Virus record (IMG/VR): IMGVR_UViG_3300030085_004328
Location: 1-53,620 of that record
Reading direction: 5' to 3' (one strand)
Length of the DNA stretch: 53,620 bases
From: a virus
Lineage: Duplodnaviria; Caudoviricetes
The number at the start of each line of letters is the position of its first letter. Positions within the stretch are counted from its first letter, which is position 1. The translations under genes and the position numbers were made by a program. Of this stretch, positions 8,804-19,045 are shown piece by piece. The notes beneath the pieces were generated by a model. That model had not been told where the DNA came from. It ran no database searches and saw only the letters and a program-made list of their open reading frames with translations.

Positions 8804-11800
8804 TTAGTATTCTCCACCATCAATAGTGATGTTTGCTAAGGTTCTGGTTGATCCTTCACATTCAATAATGTCCGAAGTTCCCGCGCAATCAGAAATTGCA
8901 ATTGATTTTACAGTTAATTTTGCATATTGATTTATAGTTAGAACTTCTGAAGATTCTGTTACATCGGATGCTATTCCGACAGTACTTGTAGAGTCATCCC
9001 AGAATACTGCTGCTTGTTTAGCACTGCTATCATAGTAATTTAAGAGTAAACCTACATCTTTATTTTCATCTATAGATGGTACAACTAGAGATCCACTTCC
9101 GTCTCCTATGGTTAAACCAATGCTAACTAGTTTATCCTTAATTCTGACATTATCAGACTTAATATCAGTATCACTACCTTTAACAATTAAATCATTTTCT
9201 ACTGTTAAATCGGAATTGATTCCTACAGCACCAGTACCTGCAGTTAAAGTTATTGCTTCAGTTTCATCACTAGCTTCAATACCATTAGTTCCTAAAATAA
9301 TATTTCCTGCAAATAGTGTCTCAGTATCACTCCTAAGTGTTATATTGACTGTACCATCAGATGATCTAATATTATCCCCATTTATTCTGAGATCTTTTTC
9401 AATCTGAGTGAAATTTGATGAAAGAGTAATATTTGTTATTCCAGTACCGGCTTGAATTTCATCACCTTCAACTCTTAACGTGCCTCCAATACTAGTAAGA
9501 CCATCACCAAACAGAGAAATATTTAAATCTCCATCAGAATTTCTTATTTCATTACCACCAACCTCAATATCACCAGCAAATACTGTTTTGACATTAGTTA
9601 CCATTGTGATGTTGGTAGTACCACCAGCAACACGGATATCATTACCATCAACTTGAATATCTCCAGAGAATCTTGTTGATGGATTAGAACCAGAAACCAT
9701 TACAATATTATCTGATCCAGTATCATCTTGAATTGTATTTCCATCAATTCTAAGAACTCCACCAAGTCTCGTGGAAGAATTCCTGATAGATGTAACACCA
9801 ACAGTTGCACCTATTGCAATGTTATCTCCAAGAGCAAATGCTGTAATATCAGTTGAATTTGAATTACATAAATTAAATACGTCATTTCTTACATCAAAGG
9901 TATCACCCTCCATTGCAATATCTCTAGCAAATTCAGTTAAGGTATTACCTGTGATAGTAATATTTTCTACACCATTCACATCTCTAAGAGATGCTGTAGA
10001 GACTCCTAAAGGTCCTAGGAAAAGGTCTCCACGTACAGAATGTCTGTATGAGTGAATTGTTGATATTCCTAAAGTGGATCCAATAGAAAGTGATCTAATA
10101 CTTTGAGTTAGTATTTCTGCAGTTTGTACATTAGTTTTAAAGAAACTTAACTTAGTTCTTGGACTACTAGCTTGAATATTAATATCTCCAAGATCAGTTC
10201 CATCATTTCCCTCTAGATTTAAATCACCGGGAACTCGTAGTTGATTGTTTACTGGATCGTATGCAAAAGGATCTACTTGAGTATCCGCTTGGAGAGATAC
10301 ATCAGTATTATCTCCACCACTTTGTACTAATACAATTGGATAGTATTGTGCAGTTATTGCCGCTCCAACATCAATTCTCTTAGCTCTGAGTGCAGTTCCT
10401 GATGTACCAACAATATCCTGACCTACAGTTAATATATCAATAAACGCCTGCGTAAACGAAGATATTCCTGCTGAATGTATTGGTGAATTAAATCGTGCTG
10501 GATTATTTCCGTTATAATCAAATTCTCCATTAATATTTAAAGTATCATCAATAAGTGTATTTCCGAGTAAAGTTGTATCTTGGTCTACCTGGAGATTATC
10601 AGATCTTACCTCTCTAGCCCATAATTGATTCCATCTGTAGGATGTAGAACCTAGAGAAACAATATCAGTATTGTAAGGTAATATATTACTATTAATTTGT
10701 GCATTAAATACAACTTGACTATCAAAGATTCCAGCAGAATTTCCTATAGCTACAATAGGTGAGAATAATTCAGTTATTCCATTTTCGCCAATACCATGAA
10801 CTGTGAGATTTCCTGTAGTTAAAGCACCACCAACATGAACTGTTGCAGGTTCTATTGGGTCTTTTGCAAGTCTTACATGTCCTTCAATAAAAGCGGATCC
10901 TTGAGATACAAGTGAAATTGCTCCAGCTCCAACAGTATCTCCAATACCAGGATTCCAACCAGTATCGTTATTAGCATTAGATAGATAAACGGAATGTGAT
11001 ATTGTCGCAATTCCAGCACCACCATCAAGATTTACATCTTCTGCTTGGACTGTACCTTTTAGTTGTGTTCCACTAAAATTTGTAAATGCTAAATCTCTAG
11101 CACCTTCAGGAATATCAATAAATCCTTCATTACCACCAATTGTAATATTATCAACAGTTACATTACCATTGCCTTGATATATGGCACCACTAATACCTAT
11201 ACCACTGGTTATTCTCATTCCTCCAGAGCCTGGATCTGAAGGATCATTAGTATCAGCATCAATATTACCTGATGCTATTTCAATAGGTCCACGAAGGCTC
11301 GTCATTCCCACGACGGTAAGCATCGGAACCTGACTAAATGCAAAACGTCCTGTTCTTTCTTCTCCAGCTAATTCTCCAATGTGAACAGGAAGTTCACAAT
11401 CGACTGTCTGCCAGTTACTTTCATTAAGTTGTGGGCTAGTGCTAGTACTAATATTAACTTTTGTATTTCTTATATTAATCTCTAAAGCAGTACTTCCTAT
11501 CCCTAGAGCATTATCATTTGTTTGGGTATCTACACTTATATTTCCACCAAAACTTGCTGCTGCATATTTTACGTCAAAACCTACTGTATTAAAACCACCA
11601 AGTATATTTCCACCACCACCAACTCCATCACCAGCAAAGACACATAATGCGCCATGAATAACTGCTGTTCCGTTAGTTTCAAAATTAGTATCTACACGCA
11701 AACCTCCACCTGTAGATCCATCGGATTCTGGAGTTTTTGCTATAACCACATCTTCGGGTAGGGCTATAACCATTCCTCCAGAAACTGGACTACCCCATGT

Positions 11801-11977
11801 TGTTCCAATACCTACAGATGTAACTGCTGAGTGTCCTGTATCGAGTGTAGATCCAATTGATAAAATATGGCGAGGAACATCTGTCCCATCAAATGTTCCA
11901 GCATCAATTTCTTGACTATTATCTGTTATAGAAATTAATGCGCCTAACTGAGATAGTTCTCTATTGTTCCTTGCCAT
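8804..11977 (-). CDS. Tail fibre-like structural protein (1057 aa) with internal approx. 30-aa repeats
   Basis: Gly/Thr/Ile-rich. Repeats of the GDIxVxGNxI..xxG..NIT type. Ends in IDGGEY. Lies in the tail island. Confidence 0.75.
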   Translation of the reverse strand: MARNNRELSQLGALISITDNSQEIDAGTFDGTDVPRHILSIGSTLDTGHSAVTSVGIGTTWGSPVSGGMVIALPEDVVIAKTPESDGSTGGGLRVDTNFETNGTAVIHGALCVFAGDGVGGGGNILGGFNTVGFDVKYAAASFGGNISVDTQTNDNALGIGSTALEINIRNTKVNISTSTSPQLNESNWQTVDCELPVHIGELAGEERTGRFAFSQVPMLTVVGMTSLRGPIEIASGNIDADTNDPSDPGSGGMRITSGIGISGAIYQGNGNVTVDNITIGGNEGFIDIPEGARDLAFTNFSGTQLKGTVQAEDVNLDGGAGIATISHSVYLSNANNDTGWNPGIGDTVGAGAISLVSQGSAFIEGHVRLAKDPIEPATVHVGGALTTGNLTVHGIGENGITELFSPIVAIGNSAGIFDSQVVFNAQINSNILPYNTDIVSLGSTSYRWNQLWAREVRSDNLQVDQDTTLLGNTLIDDTLNINGEFDYNGNNPARFNSPIHSAGISSFTQAFIDILTVGQDIVGTSGTALRAKRIDVGAAITAQYYPIVLVQSGGDNTDVSLQADTQVDPFAYDPVNNQLRVPGDLNLEGNDGTDLGDINIQASSPRTKLSFFKTNVQTAEILTQSIRSLSIGSTLGISTIHSYRHSVRGDLFLGPLGVSTASLRDVNGVENITITGNTLTEFARDIAMEGDTFDVRNDVFNLCNSNSTDITAFALGDNIAIGATVGVTSIRNSSTRLGGVLRIDGNTIQDDTGSDNIVMVSGSNPSTRFSGDIQVDGNDIRVAGGTTNITMVTNVKTVFAGDIEVGGNEIRNSDGDLNISLFGDGLTSIGGTLRVEGDEIQAGTGITNITLSSNFTQIEKDLRINGDNIRSSDGTVNITLRSDTETLFAGNIILGTNGIEASDETEAITLTAGTGAVGINSDLTVENDLIVKGSDTDIKSDNVRIKDKLVSIGLTIGDGSGSLVVPSIDENKDVGLLLNYYDSSAKQAAVFWDDSTSTVGIASDVTESSEVLTINQYAKLTVKSIAISDCAGTSDIIECEGSTRTLANITIDGGEY
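9200..9970 (-). repeat. Degenerate approx. 30-aa coding repeats (about 7-8 copies) in the 1057-aa protein
   Basis: GVLRIDGNTIQDDTGSDNIVM / GDIQVDGNDIRVAGGTTNITM / GDIEVGGNEIRNSDGDLNISL / GTLRVEGDEIQAGTGITNITL / KDLRINGDNIRSSDGTVNITL / GNIILGTNGIEASDETEAITL. Confidence 0.85.
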
Positions 11978-12001
11978 GTTGGTAGAGTCTTCCTATGTGT
12001 G

Positions 12002-12008
12002 TATTTAT
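12002..12008 (-). promoter_or_regulatory. Late promoter ATAAATA
   Basis: About 25 nt upstream of the 1057-aa gene. Confidence 0.7.
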
Positions 12009-12343
12009 CAGATAGATACTGTAAATAGAGTTCCATCAGTGTGTACACCAACTCTATATTGAGTTCCCGTAGAATCAGTCAAAATCAATCCTTTAGAAGT
12101 ATCTACGCCAACTCTTGCATCACCATTGATGTCCAGATTTACTGTAGGTTGAGTGCTACCAATACCTACAGAATATCCAGTTCCAACAATAATGTCCGAT
12201 TGAACTTTTCCGCCAACCGTAACGTCTGTACTGATTGCGACAGTTGGTGCATTTAAATTCAAAGTAGTCGGACTAGTTACTTTTGCAGTACCAGAAGAAC
12301 CAATCAGATTTATTTTTTTTACACCAAAATCCTTATCTGCCAT
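12008..12343 (-). CDS. Small tail-fibre-like structural protein
   Basis: 111 aa. VGIGSTQPTVNLDING fibre motif. C-terminal GLILTDSTGTQYRVGVHTDGTL motif. Confidence 0.7.
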   Translation of the reverse strand: MADKDFGVKKINLIGSSGTAKVTSPTTLNLNAPTVAISTDVTVGGKVQSDIIVGTGYSVGIGSTQPTVNLDINGDARVGVDTSKGLILTDSTGTQYRVGVHTDGTLFTVSI

Positions 12344-12355
12344 GGGTTTTTTAGT

Positions 12356-12362
12356 TATTTAT
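12356..12362 (-). promoter_or_regulatory. Late promoter ATAAATA overlapping the S8 protease stop codon
   Basis: Upstream of the 111-aa gene. Confidence 0.6.
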
Positions 12363-14287
12363 GATCTTTCAAATGATATGCCTTCAAATTCTACATTTTC
12401 TATCGAGGCCTCATCATCATTAGCATATGGATTATAAAGAACGCGAGAATCTGCACCTCTTAAATTATATTGTCCAGTCCAATATGCGGTATCGGTGTCG
12501 TCACCATAAGGACTCCACCATCCATCACCAGTGTTAACATCATTAGTTTGTAGTAATAATGTACCATTATCTTTAATCCAATTTTTTACATCTCTAGATG
12601 TTGCTGTTGGTCTTATTTGTAAATATAACGCAACAATACCAGTGACGACTGGAGCAGCTGCAGATGTTCCATTGAAATATGCGTCATAAAATCTAGAATC
12701 ATCATATCTTTCATAATCTTCATAAGCAGCGACTCCATTAGTTCCTGCAGCTAATGTTTCATCTGCTGGAGCCCAGATATCAATACCAGGCCCATTATTT
12801 GAATATGTTGCTTGATATTCCGCACCACCAGTTGTTACTGAATCTTCTATTGCACCAACACAAACTACTGGATGAAAATCTTTATCAGATTCAAATCCAA
12901 TACCTTGTGGATTCATCCAGTCTCTGTGGTTGGATGGACAAGCAGTTCCTGGAAACTCTGATCTGGGATCGCCAACATTATACCATTCATCTTCCATGTA
13001 ATTCAGACGATCTACATCATCTGCACCAACTCCAAGTCTTTGGTTATTATTTCCTGCTGCAGCAATAAAAATTACTCCACTTTGCATCAATTCATCTGCT
13101 GCAGTATTTGTTGATGAAGATCTTGATGACGTTGACCAAGATCTGTACGCACCACTAATTTGATTATTAAGACCATCTTTCATCGCAGTAACTTGGTCAG
13201 TCACTATCGCATTACCAGAAAATGTCCCAGTAGATCCTCTAAATTTATAATCAACTAAATCAGTAGATTCAAATCCCGCTTGATATCCCCAACTTCCATT
13301 AACCACAGTTGGATTTTTTACACCAGTTTCTCCATTTACTGGTTTATTTTTATGCCATATTTTCATAGCATCATATGATGCTTCAATACTAAATCCCGCA
13401 GAATCTGAACCAACACAGGACATATTCCATATATTTGCTTCAAAAGCATTACCAAAGTTTTTTCCTGCAGCTAATGATGCACATGCAGTTCCATGTCCAC
13501 TATTTAATCCATTAGTCCCATCAAGAGAATTTCCAAGAGCGTTATTTTCTGTATATGTAGAGGGAATTGTTACCGTTCCTTCAGATTGAAATGCTGCGGA
13601 TCTATTAGAAGAATTTTCCCACCAGTCTTCAGCAGAAGCAGTTGTTATTCCAGTTCTACCATCTGCTTTAGTGTAAGTAAAACCATTAGATATAAAATAA
13701 TCAGGGTCGATATAATATGGACCATCAAGAATAATATCTCTTACTCTTGATTTTCCATCCTGGTCCATAAACTCTGGATGATATTGTTGAGTTCCACTAT
13801 CCTGAATAACAATATCCACATGTTTTCCAGTAAGACTGTATGATACATCCTTTGTTACTAAATTAACCGCACCAAGGTTATCGCTAAAAAATTCTCCACT
13901 TTTTCTAACCGTTGGTCTAGCCACACCCCAATTTGATCTATCCAATTCTGCAGAAGTTGGACCTGTAGCTGGTATAAATTGAGAAACTAAATCTCGATAG
14001 AACTTTACATTTTTCTTAAATCTTTTTGTAGCAAAATCTGGTTTTGGATATGCATCTGGATTGTGTGTTGGAGATAATTCAATCCATTTAACATGTGGAT
14101 GATCAGCAATTTCTGCTGCTTCCTCTTCTGTTAATTCATAAGTTCCTCTAGTAGGACTGTGGTTTTTTGAATCTGCACATGTAATCCGTCTATCGGGAAT
14201 ACCATCTTGATTGGAATCTACAATTAGAGCATCGTGAATCTCAGACCAATATTCTGGACTCGTAACAGCTAATGTGTATTTTTTCAT
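12359..14287 (-). CDS. Subtilisin-like serine protease (peptidase S8) with probable N-terminal prodomain
   Basis: Intact catalytic motifs: Asp (DIVIQDSG), His (GHGTACASLAAG), oxyanion Asn (AAAGNN), Ser (FNGTSAAAPVVTG). Start overlaps the upstream stop (TGATG). Confidence 0.93.
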   Translation of the reverse strand: MKKYTLAVTSPEYWSEIHDALIVDSNQDGIPDRRITCADSKNHSPTRGTYELTEEEAAEIADHPHVKWIELSPTHNPDAYPKPDFATKRFKKNVKFYRDLVSQFIPATGPTSAELDRSNWGVARPTVRKSGEFFSDNLGAVNLVTKDVSYSLTGKHVDIVIQDSGTQQYHPEFMDQDGKSRVRDIILDGPYYIDPDYFISNGFTYTKADGRTGITTASAEDWWENSSNRSAAFQSEGTVTIPSTYTENNALGNSLDGTNGLNSGHGTACASLAAGKNFGNAFEANIWNMSCVGSDSAGFSIEASYDAMKIWHKNKPVNGETGVKNPTVVNGSWGYQAGFESTDLVDYKFRGSTGTFSGNAIVTDQVTAMKDGLNNQISGAYRSWSTSSRSSSTNTAADELMQSGVIFIAAAGNNNQRLGVGADDVDRLNYMEDEWYNVGDPRSEFPGTACPSNHRDWMNPQGIGFESDKDFHPVVCVGAIEDSVTTGGAEYQATYSNNGPGIDIWAPADETLAAGTNGVAAYEDYERYDDSRFYDAYFNGTSAAAPVVTGIVALYLQIRPTATSRDVKNWIKDNGTLLLQTNDVNTGDGWWSPYGDDTDTAYWTGQYNLRGADSRVLYNPYANDDEASIENVEFEGISFERS

Positions 14288-16143
14288 CAGATCATCGTCT
14301 CCCTAGTAAATCTGTAAGTAACAATTCCACTAACTCCAGTTTCAGGTGTCCACCAAAGTTCCACATTACCAGATTTAACTGTTGCACCAACAGAAACCAG
14401 AAGAGAATCGCTATACATAATCGCATATTCCTGCGAATATGCAGTAGAATCATCATCCATAACAAGAATCTTTTGAGATTGAATTCCAGATGAATGTTGG
14501 AAGAATAGTGTATATTCTGAAGTTACGAAGTCTGAAGATGTATATGAATTTGCAGTGTATGCAACACCAGATGCTGCCGTAAATGTTCCAGATCCAGTCT
14601 CAATACCATAAACATTATTAACTTGAACAGAAGTTAATGGATTGGTTGTACCGAGACCAACATGACCTGCTGTGGTGTGGATACCTGCATTTGTTTGATC
14701 ATCACTAAATTTACCACCACCCTCAGCAGCACTAATTCCCGTTAGTGCAGATCCATCAATAGCGGGAAGTGCTCCAGTAAGTTCTGCAGCAGGAAGACTT
14801 GTTAAATTAGTACCAGATCCACTAAATGCACCACTAAATGATGTTGCAGTACAAACACCAGATATAATTACGTCTGCATTGATATCTAAATCATCAGCAA
14901 AAGTTGTAAAACCAGCAATGTTTACGTCATCGAGTTCTGTAAGACCATCAACATCAAAATTTCCATTAGCAGCAATAGCGCCGGTAAACGTGGTAACTCC
15001 AGATATAGTTACATTAGCAAGATCTGCAAGACCACTAATACTTACATTAGCAGTTGTACTAATTCCTGCAGCAGTTCCACTCCATGCATACGCACTTCTT
15101 ACAGTAACAACACCAGAAGCAATTGGTTCTACAGTGAATCCTTCAGCAAAACTAATAGTTGCTGCTGTACCAACAGATGATCCATCTCCTTGCTGAACTT
15201 CTACGCCAGTTCCTGTAGATACAATATTTGTAAGTCCAGATCCATCTCCGCTATATTGTGCTGCAGTGAGAACTCCAAGAATTCTCATATCATTGAACGT
15301 ACTTGTTCCTACAGTATTAATTCCTGATTGAATATCAACAGTAATTTCATCGCCGCTAGCAGTGACTGCTACACCATTTCCAGTAAAATCTATATCATCA
15401 ACTGTTGCTCCAGCGATATTACCATTTTCCCTAACGGTTAGACTTCCAGCTCCTCCACCACCCGTTGCATATACAGTAACACCAGCACCAACACCAACTG
15501 CAGTAATAGCAACTCCAATGAAATCTATAGAAGTAACCCCATAAGGATTACCTACAATACTTCCTTCTTCTTTTATTGTTACACCTAAAATTCCTGTATT
15601 TCCACCACCAACTGCTGTTGGATTAAATGCAATTACTTCAACAGTATCTCCAGCATAACATTCTTCATTTAATACGAAAGTTACTCCATTGTTAGCAATA
15701 TAATCTGTAATATCAGTTACACCATCACCTCTTAGTTTTACACCATTAATGTATACGTCAAGAAATCCAACTTGATATGCATATTCAAATGTTGTTTGAT
15801 CATCTACAATTGTAAATACTTGAGTAGATCTAACGGAAGTTGGGAATGAAGCCCACTCAACACCATCTCCAGTAGATCTTAAATATTGACCAACTCCACC
15901 AGTTGTAGAACCAATTGTTAAACTTTCTCCAGTGAACTGAAGTTCATTAAACGTTGATATACCACTAACTTTTAGATTTCTAGTTGCCTCAAAATCTGTG
16001 CAACCAATAGACCCAATTACCCTGAGTTCTACATCAGGAAATATTGTACCTATACCAACTTTATTTTCATCCGAATCAACGTATAGAGTATTCTCGTCAA
16101 CCTCTAAACCGTTCTTTACGACAAAATTCTTCTGAATAGCCAA
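14287..16143 (-). CDS. Tail fibre-like virion structural protein (618 aa)
   Basis: KNFVVKNGLEV start, VGIGT, LDVYINGVKL and GDGSGLT motifs. TTG start after a GGGGA RBS. Perfect late promoter upstream. Confidence 0.8.
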   Translation of the reverse strand: MAIQKNFVVKNGLEVDENTLYVDSDENKVGIGTIFPDVELRVIGSIGCTDFEATRNLKVSGISTFNELQFTGESLTIGSTTGGVGQYLRSTGDGVEWASFPTSVRSTQVFTIVDDQTTFEYAYQVGFLDVYINGVKLRGDGVTDITDYIANNGVTFVLNEECYAGDTVEVIAFNPTAVGGGNTGILGVTIKEEGSIVGNPYGVTSIDFIGVAITAVGVGAGVTVYATGGGGAGSLTVRENGNIAGATVDDIDFTGNGVAVTASGDEITVDIQSGINTVGTSTFNDMRILGVLTAAQYSGDGSGLTNIVSTGTGVEVQQGDGSSVGTAATISFAEGFTVEPIASGVVTVRSAYAWSGTAAGISTTANVSISGLADLANVTISGVTTFTGAIAANGNFDVDGLTELDDVNIAGFTTFADDLDINADVIISGVCTATSFSGAFSGSGTNLTSLPAAELTGALPAIDGSALTGISAAEGGGKFSDDQTNAGIHTTAGHVGLGTTNPLTSVQVNNVYGIETGSGTFTAASGVAYTANSYTSSDFVTSEYTLFFQHSSGIQSQKILVMDDDSTAYSQEYAIMYSDSLLVSVGATVKSGNVELWWTPETGVSGIVTYRFTRETMI

Positions 16144-16178
16144 GGTTCACTATCCCCTTTACTGATTTTAGTTTTAGT

Positions 16179-16186
16179 TATTTATA
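16179..16186 (-). promoter_or_regulatory. T4-type late promoter TATAAATA
   Basis: Perfect consensus, intergenic, about 35 nt upstream of the 618-aa gene. Confidence 0.85.
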
Positions 16187-19009
16187 TCAAGTTGGGTCGT
16201 GATAAGCAGACCACTCAGCGAATACACTGAATTCATCGTTCGTATCATGAACAATTTTGAATTCTACGATATCAAATTGGTTTGCTGCACCTGTCGTTGT
16301 ACCAACTGGTTGAGCACCATTTCTCCAAAGATAATTCGTTGGTGTCTGACCATTAACTTTAAGCACAACGTTACCAGTGTCCCAGTCATTGGAAGCATCA
16401 GTAAATGTGATTAAAGTTGCTCTAACCATATATTCACGATTTGTAGGAAGACTAGCAAGTTCAATATTTGTTATTCCATTACTAGCCTCGCCACCAATTA
16501 CGGAAGGTGCTGTAGCAAAGTCCCAATATAATGTATCTGTTGAACCAGCAGTAAATGCTACACCAGTAATAGCATTGAAGTCTCCTGAATTTCGTAGATT
16601 AGTACTAGTATCTAATTCGTTATAAACGAATCCAGTAAATGTTGAAAGTCCTGCTCTAAATGTAAGTGCATTGAGATTTCCTGCAACATCTACAGACTTG
16701 TTCGCGTCGATATTCGCGGAGAATGTAGCAGTTTCAGCAACATTAAGAACATCTAGATCTGTAGTTCCATCAACATCGAGATTTCCATCAGCATCAATAT
16801 TTGATGCAAAAGTTGTTACACCAGCGATGTTTACATTATCAAGATTTGTATGACCATCTACATCGATATCACCAGCAAGATCAATGTCCTCATTAGCAAT
16901 GAGATCTCCAGTGATTGTGGTAACACCAGCAACACTTACATTATCTAAGTTTGTATGACCATCTACATCTAAATCTGCTTGAGCAGTGATGTTACCTGAT
17001 ACCGTAAGTCCAGTTAATGTACCAAGAGATGTAATATTTGCTTGCGCTGCAGTATTAACTGTTCCATCTAAATTTCCTGTAAATGTGGTAGCCGTGATAG
17101 CACCAGAAACATTTACGTTATCTAAATTTGTATGACCGTCTACATCAATATCACCAGTGAATGTAGAAATACCAGAAACACTTAGAGTGTCTGCAGTGAA
17201 TGTTCCATATACTGTTGCACCTGATCCAGCAGTTGCAAATTTTTCTACATTATCGTAGTAAAGTCTTACTGGACCATTTGTAACAAATCTAGCTTTTGTT
17301 TCGGTAACATAATCGGAAGGGTTCGGTCCTGAACCTGATGCATCGGCAATAATAACTTCGTTACTACCAGCAAGGTATACATTTCCAGTACCTCCTCTTT
17401 CAAAGAGATATGAATTACTTCCATCATGTGCAATCGCAAAATCAAGACCAGCTCCAAAATAAATACCAGAACCATCTTGTTCTGTTAATCGGATATCACC
17501 ATTAAAAGTAGATACTCCAGAAACATTTAGATCATGAGTTAAGATACCTGTTTCTAAAACTGTTGTTAGACCAACAGTAGCAACACCTGCAATACTTACG
17601 TTATCAAGATTAGTATGACCATCTACATCTAAGTCACCATTAGCATCGATATCTCCACCAAATGTAGAACTAGTAGAAACATCTAATCGAGTTGAGAAAG
17701 TAGTTCCAGTAACAGTAGCTCCGGCACTAATAGTTTCAAACTTCTTAGAACCATCATAGTAAAGTTCTGTTGAACCATTGGCTGTTGCTGCGAGTGCTGC
17801 TTCACTACTGTTTACTCTAAGTTGTAATCCTAAAGCACTGTTTATGAATAAATTAGATACTGAGTTAGTATTTTTTATGTAAGAATCGCCGTCATGATAA
17901 ACTTCTAAGTCACCACCATCACCAAATGCTGCCCTAGCATTATCCCTAAAGAATGCTGTACTACCAAATCCTACGGTTGCGCCAGTTCCAGTAATAACAT
18001 CACTACTAAATGTAGCAGTTTCAGCAACATTAAGAACATCTAAATCTGTAGTTCCGTCAACGTCTAGATCACCATTAGCATCAATAGCATTAGAGAACGT
18101 TGATACACCAGAGATTGCAACGTGATCAAGATCTGTTTGACCATCTATATCTAAGTCTCCACTGGCACTGATGTTTGATGAGAATGTAGCAGCACCACTA
18201 ACTTGAACTCCTGCAAGTGTTCCTACATTTTGAAGAGAAGAGTTAGTTACAGCCGAACCTACAGCAGTTGATGAAAGAACATCTGTTCCTTCAATCTTAA
18301 AGGTCTTACTAGCAGCAAGATCAATATTCTCTGAGAATGTCCAAGAATCTGTAGAGTTAACCCAATTAATTGTTTTATTTCCTTCTCCAGACTCTAGCGT
18401 GATACCACCACCATCGGAAGATGCATCAGTGAGAGAACCACTAGCAAGAATAATATTCTTGTCGTCTACAGTTAAATTAGTAGAGTTTACAGTCGTTGTA
18501 TCACCATCTACTTGAAGATCACCTTGAATTACAACTGTTCCTGTGTTTGTCCCAATACCAGCAGGATCAATTGTAATTGTTGATGAACCACTAATTGTAC
18601 TTGAAGAAATACGAATAGCAGATCCTTCTGCTCCTGTTGATAATAATAAAGCCGTTAAAATTCCAGCGGCTGCTACTGTATTTGCCGCAGTGTGACCAAA
18701 TATATCAATATCAGCATTCAGATCAATATCATCACCAAATGTAGAGATTCCACTTACATTTAGACTCGTAAAATCATTTGGTGCATTAGCAATTGCAGAT
18801 TCTATAGTTGCGGTTGTAGTTGAATCTATACCAGTAATATTTTTTAGTTCAAATGAAGAACTAACAACTTCTGTTACTCCAATTGAAACCGAGTCACCAG
18901 CAAGGGATCCAGACGCGGTAATAATACCTGAAATGACGATGCCTTTGTCGAAAACGGGGGCACCATTACCATCTCTATTTCTTATAGTATCAACAAATAG
19001 CTGGGACAT
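16187..19009 (-). CDS. Tail fibre protein (940 aa) with DLDVDGxTxLD repeats
   Basis: LTVDDKNIILASG...DGGGITL and LYYDGSKKFET / LYYDNVEKFAT motifs, repeated shaft units, globular C-terminal tip domain. Confidence 0.85.
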   Translation of the reverse strand: MSQLFVDTIRNRDGNGAPVFDKGIVISGIITASGSLAGDSVSIGVTEVVSSSFELKNITGIDSTTTATIESAIANAPNDFTSLNVSGISTFGDDIDLNADIDIFGHTAANTVAAAGILTALLLSTGAEGSAIRISSSTISGSSTITIDPAGIGTNTGTVVIQGDLQVDGDTTTVNSTNLTVDDKNIILASGSLTDASSDGGGITLESGEGNKTINWVNSTDSWTFSENIDLAASKTFKIEGTDVLSSTAVGSAVTNSSLQNVGTLAGVQVSGAATFSSNISASGDLDIDGQTDLDHVAISGVSTFSNAIDANGDLDVDGTTDLDVLNVAETATFSSDVITGTGATVGFGSTAFFRDNARAAFGDGGDLEVYHDGDSYIKNTNSVSNLFINSALGLQLRVNSSEAALAATANGSTELYYDGSKKFETISAGATVTGTTFSTRLDVSTSSTFGGDIDANGDLDVDGHTNLDNVSIAGVATVGLTTVLETGILTHDLNVSGVSTFNGDIRLTEQDGSGIYFGAGLDFAIAHDGSNSYLFERGGTGNVYLAGSNEVIIADASGSGPNPSDYVTETKARFVTNGPVRLYYDNVEKFATAGSGATVYGTFTADTLSVSGISTFTGDIDVDGHTNLDNVNVSGAITATTFTGNLDGTVNTAAQANITSLGTLTGLTVSGNITAQADLDVDGHTNLDNVSVAGVTTITGDLIANEDIDLAGDIDVDGHTNLDNVNIAGVTTFASNIDADGNLDVDGTTDLDVLNVAETATFSANIDANKSVDVAGNLNALTFRAGLSTFTGFVYNELDTSTNLRNSGDFNAITGVAFTAGSTDTLYWDFATAPSVIGGEASNGITNIELASLPTNREYMVRATLITFTDASNDWDTGNVVLKVNGQTPTNYLWRNGAQPVGTTTGAANQFDIVEFKIVHDTNDEFSVFAEWSAYHDPT
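16722..18150 (-). repeat. Intragenic repeats: 4x DxDVDGHTNLDNV, 2x DVDGTTDLDVLNVAETATFS, 1x DIDGQTDLDHV
   Basis: Visible in the translation. 16722-16799 and 18009-18086 match at 71/78 nt by my manual count, with the first 34 nt identical. Confidence 0.9.
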
Positions 19010-19033
19010 TCTCGTCTCTTTTTAGTATGCTTT

Positions 19034-19040
19034 TATTTAG
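19034..19040 (-). promoter_or_regulatory. Late promoter variant CTAAATA
   Basis: About 25 nt upstream of the 940-aa gene. Confidence 0.7.
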
Positions 19041-19045
19041 TAAGG

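Noticed and set aside
16722-18086. Diversity-generating retroelement TR/VR pair or CRISPR-like array
   Set aside because: Mismatches are not adenine-specific, both copies are in-frame inside one gene, no reverse transcriptase is in the window, and there is no repeat-spacer periodicity.
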